Origin: Verrucomicrobiales bacterium
Lineage (GTDB): Bacteria > Verrucomicrobiota > Verrucomicrobiia > Verrucomicrobiales > V1-33
Reading direction: 5' to 3'
NCBI GenBank assembly: GCA_031411295.1
Contig: JANOAV010000083.1
Span: 48,381 to 112,380, forward strand
Length of the DNA: 64,000 nucleotides
In this document: positions 37,729 through 47,803 of the stretch, piece by piece
Layout of the letters: every line of letters begins with the position of its first letter
Position numbering within the stretch: position 1 is the stretch's first letter
Translations under genes and position numbers: made by a program
Notes under the pieces: generated by a model
What the model saw: the letters and a program-made list of their open reading frames with translations, nothing else
The model's database searches: none
What the model was told of the DNA's origin: nothing

Positions 37729-39297
37729 CTACTTCTTCGCCTTCGGTTCCGGCGCAGATTCGTCTGCCTGCGCCTTGCGCGGGCCGGTGCGCGTGGGGAT
37801 GCCGGTGGTTAACCCAATGTATTCAGTGATGCGCGGGTGGATGACGACCACGCCCTTTCCGGTGATGACATACTCGCGGATATCTTTGCTGTGGTTGCCT
37901 CCGCGCATTTTGATCACGACCATCACCTTGCGAAGCTGGCCATCAATTTCGACGTAACGCATTCGGATGATGTCATCGGTCAGGAACGAGACGGTATAGT
38001 TGCTGAAGGAAAAGGCGTCAAAGGTGTCCTCCGTTTCGACTGTGCTGAGAATCGTGACCCCGGCACCCGTCAGCGCCATGATCATGCGGTAGAGCGACTC
38101 GCGGAAGTCCGTGCGGAAGCCGGGCGCCAGCGCCATCTCAAAACCGATCAGCGAATCGATCACCAACCGCTTCGCGCCCACCCTTTCGACGGCATCGAGG
38201 ATCTCCTGCATGGTTTCATCCACTGAAAGATCGAGCGGGCGCAGGTATAGGATTTCCAGCTTTCCCTTTTGCTGCGGCGCTTTGAGTTTCAAGCCAAAAC
38301 TATCCGCGCGGGCGGTGTAGCCTTTCGGGCGCTCTTCAAAGATCGCCATGATGGCCGCTTCCCCCTGGCGGATTCCTTCGGCGATGAATTGCGTGGCCAA
38401 CGCCGATTTGCCCGTCCCCGATGGCCCTGCGATGAGGAGACTGTCCCCTTCAAAAATGCCCCCGCCCAGCATCTCGTCCAGCGCGGGAATGCCCATGGAA
38501 AGCCGCGGACGCCGCGCCGGTTTCTCCTTTTGGCGGACCAATCCCAAGGTGCGGGAGAAGGCCTGCAACCCGGCGTCGCTGATGCGGAGCGTGTGTAATC
38601 CCGGCACGGAGGCCACGCCGCGCAGTTTCACGATCTGCAATTTGCGCACCACGGAATTTCGCTCCGCCACCTGCGACAGCCAGATGAGACTGTCGGCGAT
38701 GGTGAAGAGCGGATTGTCGCGGACTTCCACCGGGTCATATTCGCCAACGAGGAACGTGGTGGCCTGCCAACTGGTGAGAAACTGGGCGAGCCGCTGGATG
38801 AAGGACTGCATCTCCAGCTCGCTCGCGCCGCCGCTCTTCGTGCGCACCACAGTGCGGAAGGAATCCACCACCACGACACCCGGACTGGTAGCGGTGACCT
38901 GCTTGATGATCTCTGCCAGCACAGCGTCCAGATCCTGATTCAACACCACATCGGACAAGTTGATGAAGCGGACGGCCTTCCCCAGCTTGGCTTCGTCAAA
39001 GAAGGAATACTGCTGCTGGTAGCGCAGCATCTTCAGCGCGGGCTCGCCAAGCACGGTGAAATAGAGCGCGGGGTTCTCCGCCGTGGCATTGGCGAAGACG
39101 ACCTGATGCGCCAGCGTGGTCTTGCCGCAGCCCGGTGTGCCCGCGATGATGTTAAAGGAATACTCCGGGATGCCGCCGCCCAGGATGTCATCGAGGCCGC
39201 GCACGCCGCTCGGCAGTTTGCGGATCACAACTTTACCCGGCGGGCTCACGGCCTTCTTCGGCAGTTTGTGTTTCACTGCGTCATGGTTCTTTTTCAT
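37729..39297 (-). CDS. KaiC-family double-domain RecA-like ATPase
   Basis: GVRGLDDILGGG..GTPGCGKT..VVDS..KLRG; GIPALDEMLGGG..GPSGTGKS..FEE..VIDS..KMRG. Confidence 0.9.
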   Translation of the reverse strand: MKKNHDAVKHKLPKKAVSPPGKVVIRKLPSGVRGLDDILGGGIPEYSFNIIAGTPGCGKTTLAHQVVFANATAENPALYFTVLGEPALKMLRYQQQYSFFDEAKLGKAVRFINLSDVVLNQDLDAVLAEIIKQVTATSPGVVVVDSFRTVVRTKSGGASELEMQSFIQRLAQFLTSWQATTFLVGEYDPVEVRDNPLFTIADSLIWLSQVAERNSVVRKLQIVKLRGVASVPGLHTLRISDAGLQAFSRTLGLVRQKEKPARRPRLSMGIPALDEMLGGGIFEGDSLLIAGPSGTGKSALATQFIAEGIRQGEAAIMAIFEERPKGYTARADSFGLKLKAPQQKGKLEILYLRPLDLSVDETMQEILDAVERVGAKRLVIDSLIGFEMALAPGFRTDFRESLYRMIMALTGAGVTILSTVETEDTFDAFSFSNYTVSFLTDDIIRMRYVEIDGQLRKVMVVIKMRGGNHSKDIREYVITGKGVVVIHPRITEYIGLTTGIPTRTGPRKAQADESAPEPKAKK

Positions 39298-39737
39298 GGT
39301 TTGTCTGCTGCCTTTGAAGTTAAGTCGTTTTTTCGTTGGGGGAGGTCTGGCCAGACCTCGCGCACCAACCGCTGCACTAAAGATTCGCCAATGAAGGCCA
39401 CCAGCAGCCCCAGCAATTGGGCGACGAGAACCACCCGGCCCTCGGCAAGCTCGGCCGGGGCAGCTTGCGCCGCCATTTTCTCCAACCCGGCCCTAGTTTC
39501 CGTAGGTTTGACCTGCACCGTGCGCAGCCAGGGAACTTCCGGGCTGGCCAACACTAGCGCCCGCGCCAGCAGCGCGTTAAAGCCGACGTCGCCCATGAGG
39601 GTGGACAAGGGCGGGCGTAGAGCTTCGACGACCTGAAAGACCGCGGGGCGGTTGGTCCCGGCAGACTGGGTTCCCCGCGTCGCATGGGCGATGAGACGTG
39701 CGGCGAAATCTCGCATGACTGGATTGACTTGGCTCAT
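39294..39737 (-). CDS. Helical hypothetical protein coupled to the KaiC-like gene
   Basis: ATGA overlap; LRPPLSTLMGDVGFNALLARAL and LLGLLVAFIGESLVQRLV pseudo-repeat. Confidence 0.7.
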   Translation of the reverse strand: MSQVNPVMRDFAARLIAHATRGTQSAGTNRPAVFQVVEALRPPLSTLMGDVGFNALLARALVLASPEVPWLRTVQVKPTETRAGLEKMAAQAAPAELAEGRVVLVAQLLGLLVAFIGESLVQRLVREVWPDLPQRKNDLTSKAADKP

Positions 39738-39983
39738 GTGGAACTCCCGGGGGCGCACGTCTCCAGTGAGTGGTTTTTCACCACCTGCAATCCGCCGCCG
39801 ATCAATCCCGAATCATCAGGGTTTAGGTTCAAGGGGATGATTTGAGAGGGTGGTTCACGTGGGGCTTGGTGGTGTTTTCGGTGGTTGACTGTCCACTGAT
39901 GCGTCATCCAATATTAGATTGTAGGATACAAGCAGTGAGTGGGAAAGCGCAAGGATCTTCTTTGGGTGCGTCCTCAGCACAAC

Positions 39984-40116
39984 GGCGGATTTTTGCACGG
40001 AGGTGGTAACGCGCTGCTGCGCGTGTCTGAAAGGGAAAGTCCAATGACGCGCAGCAGCGCGTCACCACCGCATGATCTGTTGATAATCAAAAACTTACAC
40101 CGTGCAAAAATCCGCC
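39984..40116. repeat. Nested inverted repeats, REP-doublet-like
   Basis: Outer perfect 17-bp IR (39984-40000/40100-40116); inner 23-bp IR with 1 mismatch (40002-40024/40047-40069). Confidence 0.8.
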
Positions 40117-40121
40117 CTGCC

Positions 40122-40757
40122 TCAGCACGAAGCACCGGCCAGAGTCAGTGGCAGGGTCACGGTTAAAATGGTGCCACTCACAACGCCCACCCAAACGCCA
40201 CCGAGCCGTGCCAGAAGGGCCGCGAGTTCCTCCTGCACGCCGACCTCCATCAATGGCTGGTCCCTTTCCGCGTCGTCCGTGTGCTGCATCTGGAAGCAGG
40301 CACAGCCGTCGCTGGCTGACACCTTGATGGTGCCGCCACCGTGCGCAAACCAATGGTCCGCGATCTCCACGACGAGCACACTGATTGCCTCCGGGGCCGC
40401 ATGGAGCCAAGCCTCCGTCCCATCGAAGGACCAGACGATCTCGATCTCCGCTGAGGCGATGCGCGGGCGGGACCGGCACTGCTCAACACATGCACTCAGA
40501 GTGACTGCTGTGGCTGGCGGCGTCCTAAACCGCAGCCCGAGGCGCAACTGCATCTCGACGATGCAAGCGACCTGTTTGCGCACGATAGCGAGACGCGGGC
40601 CTTCTTCCGCCATGCCCGCGCTGCGTTGGAGGACCATAGTTTGCAGATCAATGGCTGACAAACAATTCCCCAGATCATGGGAATAGCGGCGCATGTAACT
40701 CTGACACGCGCCCGACTGAGCATCTAAGGGCACTTGGTTTTTGGGAGGTGGTGACAT
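40122..40757 (-). CDS. Degenerate histidine kinase / phosphotransferase-like protein
   Basis: YSHDLGNCLSAI H-box; C-terminus LGG..GTILTVTLP but no N/G boxes. Confidence 0.55.
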   Translation of the reverse strand: MSPPPKNQVPLDAQSGACQSYMRRYSHDLGNCLSAIDLQTMVLQRSAGMAEEGPRLAIVRKQVACIVEMQLRLGLRFRTPPATAVTLSACVEQCRSRPRIASAEIEIVWSFDGTEAWLHAAPEAISVLVVEIADHWFAHGGGTIKVSASDGCACFQMQHTDDAERDQPLMEVGVQEELAALLARLGGVWVGVVSGTILTVTLPLTLAGASC

Positions 40758-40794
40758 GAGCGGGCTTGAGCGGGCTTGAGCGGGCTTGAGCGGG
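40757..40794. repeat. 10-bp tandem repeat TGAGCGGGCT x3.8
   Basis: Directly visible in sequence. Confidence 0.9.
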
Positions 40795-40929
40795 TGAGGG
40801 GAAATTTCAAAATGAATTTTGCTCCTGGTGTCAGCATGGCTGTGTAGTGCCGCTGACGCAAACCTTATTTTAAGCAAGACGCAGGGCTGACATTCCACAC
40901 TAACATAACATCCGTTCTCTCTCAAACCA

Positions 40930-40943
40930 GGGTTTCACCCCAT
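40930..40943 (+). promoter_or_regulatory. Regulon box GGGTTTCACCCCAT; TAAATG at 40966-40971
   Basis: Upstream of catalase; 22 nt spacing. Confidence 0.75.
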
Positions 40944-41010
40944 AGGCATCTGCCTGGTTCTCCGCTAAATGTATGTCCGCTCCACCTGCACCAACACCGA
41001 CATCATCGAC

Positions 41011-43191
41011 ATGAAACGACACACCCTCACCATCCTCCTCGCAGCATCCATGCTCGTTGGCAGCGCAGGCTTAGCTTCTGCGGAAGATCCTTCACCACCC
41101 ACCCAAGACACCACTATGCCAAAGAAACCTGCTCCAAACGCTGCCACCACCACGGCTGAAACCCACCAGAGCACCGCTGATCTGAAGCAAACGCTAACCA
41201 CAAACCATGGTGTGCCGATTTCGGACAATCAAAACTCGCTGAAGGCGGGGGGGCGGGGGCCGACCTTGATCGAGGACTTTGTGCTTCGCGAAAAGATCAC
41301 TCACTTTGACCACGAACGCATCCCGGAGCGCATCGTTCATGCGCGTGGATCAGGCGCACATGGATACTTTCAGGTTTATAAATCGCTCAAGGAAATCACG
41401 AAGGCAGCGTTTCTGCAAGACCCCGATGTGAAGACCGAAGTGTTCGTTCGTTTCTCAACTGTGGCGGGTGGCGCAGGATCGGGAGATTTGCCGCGCGATG
41501 TGCGTGGGTTTGCGGTGAAGTTCTATACCTCCGAGGGCAACTACGATCTCGTCGGCAACAACATCCCGGTCTTTTTCATTCAAGACGCGATGAAGTTCCC
41601 TGACCTGGTTCACGCAGTGAAGATGGAACCAGACCGCGGATTCCCGCAGGCGGCTTCAGCTCATGATAACTTTTGGGACTTCGTGTCCTTGACGCCAGAA
41701 GCCTGCCACATGCTGATGTGGGTGATGTCGGATCGTGCCATTCCGCGTTCGCTGCGGATGATCGAGGGTTTCGGCGTGCATACGTTCAGGCTCATTGATG
41801 CGGCGGGCACGTCGCGTTTTGTGAAGTTTCATTGGCGTCCAAAACTAGGCGCACAGTCGGTGCTGTGGGATGAGGCTGTGAAGATCAATGGCGCAGATTC
41901 CGACTTCCATCGGCGTGATCTTTGGGAGGCAATCGAGCGTGGTGATTTCCCAGAGTGGGAGCTGGCGCTGCAAGTCTTTGATCAAGCCACAGCGGATAAG
42001 TTTGACTTCGATATCCTGGATCCCACAAAGCTCATCCCAGAGGAAATCATCCCGCTGCGCATCGTCGGTAAGTTGGTGCTCAATCGTAACCCTGACAACT
42101 TTTTTGCCGAAACCGAACAGGTGGCTTTTCTACCGACTAACATTGTTCCGGGCATCGATTTTTCAAACGATCCGCTGCTGCAAGGTCGGCTGCATTCCTA
42201 TCAGGATACGCAACTCAGCAGACTGGGAGGCCCCAACTTCCACCAGATTCCCGTCAACGCTCCGAAGGGTTGCCCGATGCAGAATTTCCAACGCGATGGC
42301 TTGCGTCAGATGCAAGTGCCTAAGGGACGGGTGAACTACGAGCCGAACTCGGTGGATGGCACGCCCAGAGAGAATCCCACGCGCGGCTTCATTAGCTATG
42401 CTGAACCCATGGATGGCGTTAAAGAGCGGAAGCGCTCGGAGACATTTGGGGATCATTACTCGCAAGCGCGCATGTTCTACCACTCGATGCTGCCGCCGGA
42501 GCAGCAACACATCATCAGTGCGTTCGCCTTTGAGCTGGCGCATGTGGAGCGCAAGGAAATCCGCCTGCGGATGCTAGGCCACCTAGCAAACATCGACGCT
42601 ACACTGCATGATCAGGTAGCGGCTGCACTGGGCATGAAGGAGCAGGCGGAGAAAATCACGCCCGCCATAGCACCGCGTGATCTACCACCATCCCCAGCGC
42701 TAAGCATCATGGCCAAGGCCAAGCCAACGCTGCAAGGCCGCAAGATAGGGGTGTTAGTCACTGACGGCTTCGACCCCAACTTGCTGAAGCAACTGCGCAC
42801 CAATGCAAAAGCCGAGCAGCCCGTGCTGGCGGTGATAGCACCGAAAGTCGGCGGCGTGAAGGACGCGACAGGCGAGTTAGTTGAAGCGGATTTTCCGCTC
42901 TCTTCCGCGCCTTCGACTTTCTTCGATGCCGTTGTCATTCTAGCCTCTGAAGCCGGTGCCAATGATCTGGCCACACAAGCTGCCGCCGTGGGCTGGGTAA
43001 GCGATGCCTACGCGCATTTGAAAGTGCTGGGTCACACGTCTGGTGCCCAGGTCTTGCTAGATCGCGCGGGTTTCCGGCCAGACGCAGGCCTGATCCCACT
43101 GACAAACGAGAAAGCCATCAGCACATTCATCAAAGCCGCCAAAGCAGGCCGCATCTGGGAGCGTGAGCCATCACTGCGACGTCCAGGCTAA
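41011..43191 (+). CDS. katE: Large-subunit catalase HPII with C-terminal DJ-1/PfpI-like domain and signal peptide
   Basis: [36 protein letters not shown]. Confidence 0.95.
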   Translation: MKRHTLTILLAASMLVGSAGLASAEDPSPPTQDTTMPKKPAPNAATTTAETHQSTADLKQTLTTNHGVPISDNQNSLKAGGRGPTLIEDFVLREKITHFDHERIPERIVHARGSGAHGYFQVYKSLKEITKAAFLQDPDVKTEVFVRFSTVAGGAGSGDLPRDVRGFAVKFYTSEGNYDLVGNNIPVFFIQDAMKFPDLVHAVKMEPDRGFPQAASAHDNFWDFVSLTPEACHMLMWVMSDRAIPRSLRMIEGFGVHTFRLIDAAGTSRFVKFHWRPKLGAQSVLWDEAVKINGADSDFHRRDLWEAIERGDFPEWELALQVFDQATADKFDFDILDPTKLIPEEIIPLRIVGKLVLNRNPDNFFAETEQVAFLPTNIVPGIDFSNDPLLQGRLHSYQDTQLSRLGGPNFHQIPVNAPKGCPMQNFQRDGLRQMQVPKGRVNYEPNSVDGTPRENPTRGFISYAEPMDGVKERKRSETFGDHYSQARMFYHSMLPPEQQHIISAFAFELAHVERKEIRLRMLGHLANIDATLHDQVAAALGMKEQAEKITPAIAPRDLPPSPALSIMAKAKPTLQGRKIGVLVTDGFDPNLLKQLRTNAKAEQPVLAVIAPKVGGVKDATGELVEADFPLSSAPSTFFDAVVILASEAGANDLATQAAAVGWVSDAYAHLKVLGHTSGAQVLLDRAGFRPDAGLIPLTNEKAISTFIKAAKAGRIWEREPSLRRPG

Positions 43192-43356
43192 ACATGCTAC
43201 AACATCACGTGCACCCCGAGCAAGGGGAATTCTGGGACAACGAAGGAACTTATAAACGGCAGTTCATTTTACAAGAAGCAAAGGCAATGGTGACGAGCCT
43301 CCCAAAAGACGTCAAGGAAGGTGAGCAGCATGGTTCTGTGCGCATCTAAGTCTCGC

Positions 43357-44559
43357 ATGAACCTAACCTCGAGCCATCCCTTCTGGTCCGTCAAAAACGG
43401 CCTCCCAGCAAACTATCCGTCTCTGCAACGCGATGTTTCTTGTGATGTCATCGTCATCGGCGGCGGCATCACCGGAGCGCTGGTGGCCATGCATTTGGTG
43501 GAGGCTGGAGTGACGACTCTGGTCATCGACAAGCGTGATATCGGCACTGGCAGCACCAGCGCCAGCACGGCTATGTTGCAATACGAGATCGATGTTCCAT
43601 TGCGCGAGTTGATCAAGAAGGTCGGCCCTGCGGCGGCCACGCGCAGTTACCAGCTCTGTCTTGAGGCGATCAGTAAAGTGGGCCAACTGGCAGAGCGCTT
43701 GAAGATCGAGTGTGGCTTCGAATACAAGCCCAGCCTGTTCTTGGCGCGTTATCAACGTGAGGTCGCTGAATTCCGTGAGGAATATGAGCTACGCAAAGGC
43801 ATGGGTCTTGAATTGGAGTTTCTTGAGGAAACGGAGGTCCAAGCGCGATTCCCCTTCACACGGCCTGCGGCGTTGTATTCCAAGGCCGGTGGTCAGGTCG
43901 ATCCACACTTGCTAACGCACGGCCTGCTCGCTGCGGGAATGAACATGGGACTCGAGGTGTGCGACCGCACGGAGATGGCGAAGCTAGAGCACACTCGGAA
44001 AGGCGTTAGAGTGATCACTCAGCAAGGTCACACGATTACGGCCCGCCGGGTTGTGCTCGCAACTGGATTCGAATCAAAGCAGCTCCTGCACGCTGAGGCA
44101 GGAACCTTGAAGAGCACTTACGCTCTGATCAGTGAACCCATGCCTGCCGTGCCAGGCTGGGATCGTGAGTGCCTCATCTGGGACAGCGGAATGCCCTATC
44201 TCTACCTGCGCACAACGCCTGATGGACGGGTGATCGTTGGTGGTGAGGACGAAGATTTTGTGAACGCAAAGCATCGGGATGTATTGATCTCTGCCAAGAG
44301 CCGGACCTTGGTGAAGAAATTCAACAAGCTCTTTCCTGACGTAAGTCTGGAGGTGGCCTACACGTGGGCTGGCACCTTTGGCGAGACCAAGGACGGACTA
44401 CCTTACATCGGAGTTCATCTGCGCCATCCCCATGCCTATTTCGCACTTGGATATGGAGGCAATGGCATCACCTTCAGCGTCATTGCCGCTGAAATCATTC
44501 GTGACCTGTTTCTAGGGCGTGAGAATGACGTTGCGCAAATCTTTCGCTTTGCTCGGTGA
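43357..44559 (+). CDS. FAD-dependent oxidoreductase (DAO/YhfW-like)
   Basis: IGGGITG, GSTSAST, TKDGLPYIG, GYGGNGITF. Confidence 0.88.
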   Translation: MNLTSSHPFWSVKNGLPANYPSLQRDVSCDVIVIGGGITGALVAMHLVEAGVTTLVIDKRDIGTGSTSASTAMLQYEIDVPLRELIKKVGPAAATRSYQLCLEAISKVGQLAERLKIECGFEYKPSLFLARYQREVAEFREEYELRKGMGLELEFLEETEVQARFPFTRPAALYSKAGGQVDPHLLTHGLLAAGMNMGLEVCDRTEMAKLEHTRKGVRVITQQGHTITARRVVLATGFESKQLLHAEAGTLKSTYALISEPMPAVPGWDRECLIWDSGMPYLYLRTTPDGRVIVGGEDEDFVNAKHRDVLISAKSRTLVKKFNKLFPDVSLEVAYTWAGTFGETKDGLPYIGVHLRHPHAYFALGYGGNGITFSVIAAEIIRDLFLGRENDVAQIFRFAR

Positions 44560-44603
44560 GACAATCGGACGTTGCCGGAGAGACGCTAAATGGCGCTTAA
44601 CTA

Positions 44604-44617
44604 GGGTTTTACCCCAT
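44604..44617 (+). promoter_or_regulatory. Regulon box GGGTTTTACCCCAT; putative -10 TATGGT at 44640-44645
   Basis: Upstream of the DUF4142-BON gene; 22 nt spacing. Confidence 0.78.
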
Positions 44618-44695
44618 TTAGAAATATTAATTAATTGCATATGGTAATCGCGACGACTTTTCGTCACTTAACATCATCCCTAATAGTAAAATATC

Positions 44696-45550
44696 ATGAA
44701 AATGCAATTAATTAAAAACCTTGCAACAAGTATGGCATGCCTTGGCTCCCTGCTTTATGCGCCTGTCACACACGCCGCAGATCCAGTTCCCCTGGAGCAA
44801 AACGACACTAGCTTCGTTCAGAAAGCCGCCCAATCTGGGATGGCGGAAGTAAAAATGGCAAAGCTGGGCGCAGAAAAGGCCACCAATGCCGATGTGAAGA
44901 TCTTCGCAGAAATGTTGGTCACTGATCATTCTAAGGTCAACGAACAACTCAAGGAACTCGCTGCCACAAAAGAGGTGAAACTCAGCATGGAACCAGACCC
45001 AGCGCATGAGGCCACTTGTAAGAAATTAGAAGACGTCAGTTCCGCTGATTTTGACAAAGCATTTCTCGCCACCATGATTAAAGGCCACAAAAAAGGCATC
45101 AGCAGCTACGAGGCTGCCGCCAAGGAGTGCCATGACGCGGACGTGAAAGCCTTCGCAACGAAGACACTCCCAGCACTGAAGGGCCACTTAGCCAAGGCCC
45201 AAAAACTCAATGGCGAATCTCCCGAAGAAAAGACGGCCACTACCGCCGGAGCTGACAACACGGGCATCAATGCCCGTGATCGCGATAACAAGAAAATGAC
45301 TCCGATTGATCAAGGAAATAACGAAGTGGACATCCAATCCACCGCCCAAATCCGCAAGGAAGTGGTAGCGCTGGATAATATCTCAGCCACCGCTAAAAAC
45401 GTAAAAATTATCACTAACAATGGCCACGTAACCCTACGCGGCCCGGTCAATAACGCGGACGAGAAAAAGATCATCTGTGACATCGCAGTGCGCGTCGCCA
45501 GCAAGGAGCATGTCACTGATGAGCTCGAAGTAAAGCCAGCCGATAAATAA
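44696..45550 (+). CDS. Secreted DUF4142-BON fusion
   Basis: DUF4142 half, then DNTGINARDR..NVKIITNNGHVTLRGPV (BON). Confidence 0.85.
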   Translation: MKMQLIKNLATSMACLGSLLYAPVTHAADPVPLEQNDTSFVQKAAQSGMAEVKMAKLGAEKATNADVKIFAEMLVTDHSKVNEQLKELAATKEVKLSMEPDPAHEATCKKLEDVSSADFDKAFLATMIKGHKKGISSYEAAAKECHDADVKAFATKTLPALKGHLAKAQKLNGESPEEKTATTAGADNTGINARDRDNKKMTPIDQGNNEVDIQSTAQIRKEVVALDNISATAKNVKIITNNGHVTLRGPVNNADEKKIICDIAVRVASKEHVTDELEVKPADK

Positions 45551-45606
45551 TTTGATGTTCACAAAGACATCGAAGCAAACAACAAAAAACAAAACACAAC
45601 CCTATT

Positions 45607-46206
45607 ATGTCAAACAAATCTGTATTCTGTATCGCCTCATCCCGCAGCCAAGCGGACAACATCGTATCGCATCTGAAATCAGCAAATTTCTCCAATGATG
45701 ACATTTCAGCATTGTTCGCTGATGAGCACAGCACTCATGACTTCGCACATGAGAAAAACACGAAAGCGCCTGAGGGCATCGCCACGGGCGCTGGAACCGG
45801 CGGAGTCGTCGGCGGAGCCCTGGGATGGATTGCCGGAATCGGCGCATTAGCCATTCCGGGTGTAGGGCCATTCATTGCTGCAGGCCCCATTATGGCAGCG
45901 TTAGGTGGTGCCGCCATTGGCGCTACCGTGGGTGGCGTCGCAGGCGGCCTGATTGGACTCGGCATTCCTGAACTGGAAGCCAAGCGCTATGAGGATAAAC
46001 TCCAGGAAGGAAACGTGCTGATCTCCGTGCATACGGACAGTTCAGATGAAATCAAACGCGCCAAGGAGATCTTCTCCAATTCAGGCGGAAGTGACATCTG
46101 CACCACAGATGAATCCACAGCCCCAAGGCGCGATAAGTCGGATGAAAGAAATGATTCCAGTATCCGGGAGCGTGGCACCTATGTTGGTGCTGTAGCGGAC
46201 GAATAG
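45607..46206 (+). CDS. General stress protein-like glycine-zipper membrane protein
   Basis: TKAPEG..GALAIPGVGPFIAAGP..LGIPELEAKRYE. Confidence 0.8.
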   Translation: MSNKSVFCIASSRSQADNIVSHLKSANFSNDDISALFADEHSTHDFAHEKNTKAPEGIATGAGTGGVVGGALGWIAGIGALAIPGVGPFIAAGPIMAALGGAAIGATVGGVAGGLIGLGIPELEAKRYEDKLQEGNVLISVHTDSSDEIKRAKEIFSNSGGSDICTTDESTAPRRDKSDERNDSSIRERGTYVGAVADE

Positions 46207-46238
46207 ACTTTTCAGTTTCCAGTCGAAAGATCCAAACT

Positions 46239-46275
46239 ACAGCCCGCAGTGAAATATTTCACTGCGGGCTGTTTT
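46239..46275 (+). terminator. Perfect 34-bp palindrome plus T-tract, likely terminator
   Basis: ACAGCCCGCAGTGAAAT|ATTTCACTGCGGGCTGT then TTT. Confidence 0.8.
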
Positions 46276-46706
46276 GTGACTTCACCAACGCTAGAAATCA
46301 AGCCTGCGTTCTGATAGCCATTGGATGGTCCGGGGACGATGCAGGTCCGCAACGAGCCAAGCAATTTCATCTTGCACGTCAAGCTCCATGGGAGGCAGGG
46401 TTTGGGGCGAATGCGCGGCAAAATCCCGATACAAATGAAGGCCTCTATTACCCTCGCATGGACAACCATTGATGATGCCACCACAATGGGCAAAACGACA
46501 ACGCTCTGCTTGGTGGGGAAACTATGCGGTAGGTGTTGGTCGGGCGTGAAGTGGATTAGTGAATGGCAGTGTAGGAGAGCTTCCCTGCTCCGGCCAATGA
46601 TACTTCAATGGAGGAGATTGGAGGCTGGTCGTGGCAGTCGGACGCCGACACGATCCGCTCCCACAAAAAGCGCCGCATGCCACGCGACGCCCACATGGCT
46701 CTCGCA

Positions 46707-47759
46707 TCAGATGTCTTCGACTGGGGCTTGGAGCAGAACTTTCAAGGCCTGCTTCTCCGCGGCATTGGCAAAGGTGTCGTAGGCGTGCATCATTTCATTT
46801 AAAGTAAATCGATGGGTGATCATTTTTTCTGCGGCCAGTTTTCCGGATGCTAGCATGCGCAGGAGCATCGGGGTGGTCACGGTATCGACGAGGCGCGTCG
46901 TTAAGGTGATATTGCGATCCCAGAGTTTTTCCAAATGCAATGTGACTGGTTCACCATGCACGCCGATGTTGGCAATGCGGCCACCTGGCGCGATCACATC
47001 CTGACAAGTCTCGAAGGATTGGGGCACGCCGACCGCATCCATGGCGACGTCAACGCCAACCCCGTTGGTTAAGTGGTGCACCGCTTTGGTGACGTCTTCG
47101 TGATCGAAGTTAATGATGTGGGTGGCGCCCAGCGCTTGGGCGATCCGCAGACGATTGTCATCCCGATCCACCATGATGAGCTGCGCTGGAGAGTAGAATT
47201 GAGCGGTCAACAATGCGGCTAGTCCGATGGGGCCAGCCCCGATGATGACGACGGTGTCTCCCGGAGTGACGCGACCATTTAAGACTCCGCACTCAAAGCC
47301 GGTCGGGAACGTGTCGGACAACATCACGAGGGCTTCTTCATTGACTCCCTCTGGCGCGGCATACAGGCTGTTGTCCGCATGTGGAATGCGCACGTGTTCC
47401 GCCTGGGTTCCGTTGATTTTATTGCCCAGAATCCATCCGCCATCAAGACAATGGGAATACATGCCCTGCTTGCAGAAGGAACATTTTCCACAGGAGGTAA
47501 TACAAGAGATTAACACACGATCTCCCGGCTTGAAGTTGGTCACACTAGCTCCCACGGCAGTCACGATGCCAACGCCTTCATGTCCCAGGATGCGACCGTC
47601 TGGGATCGTGGGAACATCTCCCTTGAGGATGTGCAGGTCCGTGCCACAAATGGTGGTGGTGGTCATGCGGACCAAGGCATCCGTGGTGGCTTGCAACGTC
47701 GGCAGTGGTTGTTGCTGCCATTGGCGTTGTTGGGGGCCGTGGTAAACCAAGGCATTCAT
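46707..47759 (-). CDS. Zn-dependent alcohol dehydrogenase family protein
   Basis: ICGTDLH, GHEGVG, CGKCSFC..C, GAGPIG. Confidence 0.92.
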   Translation of the reverse strand: MNALVYHGPQQRQWQQQPLPTLQATTDALVRMTTTTICGTDLHILKGDVPTIPDGRILGHEGVGIVTAVGASVTNFKPGDRVLISCITSCGKCSFCKQGMYSHCLDGGWILGNKINGTQAEHVRIPHADNSLYAAPEGVNEEALVMLSDTFPTGFECGVLNGRVTPGDTVVIIGAGPIGLAALLTAQFYSPAQLIMVDRDDNRLRIAQALGATHIINFDHEDVTKAVHHLTNGVGVDVAMDAVGVPQSFETCQDVIAPGGRIANIGVHGEPVTLHLEKLWDRNITLTTRLVDTVTTPMLLRMLASGKLAAEKMITHRFTLNEMMHAYDTFANAAEKQALKVLLQAPVEDI

Positions 47760-47803
47760 GGAGGTGGCAGGCGGTGCTAGTGAGAGCGGCATAAGGATGC
47801 TGG

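Noticed and set aside
37729..39297. Circadian clock
   Set aside because: No kaiA/kaiB in the window and the ST phosphosite pair is SF
46321..46782. 153-aa ORF after the terminator
   Set aside because: TTG start, no motif, overlaps the ADH 3' end; unsupported
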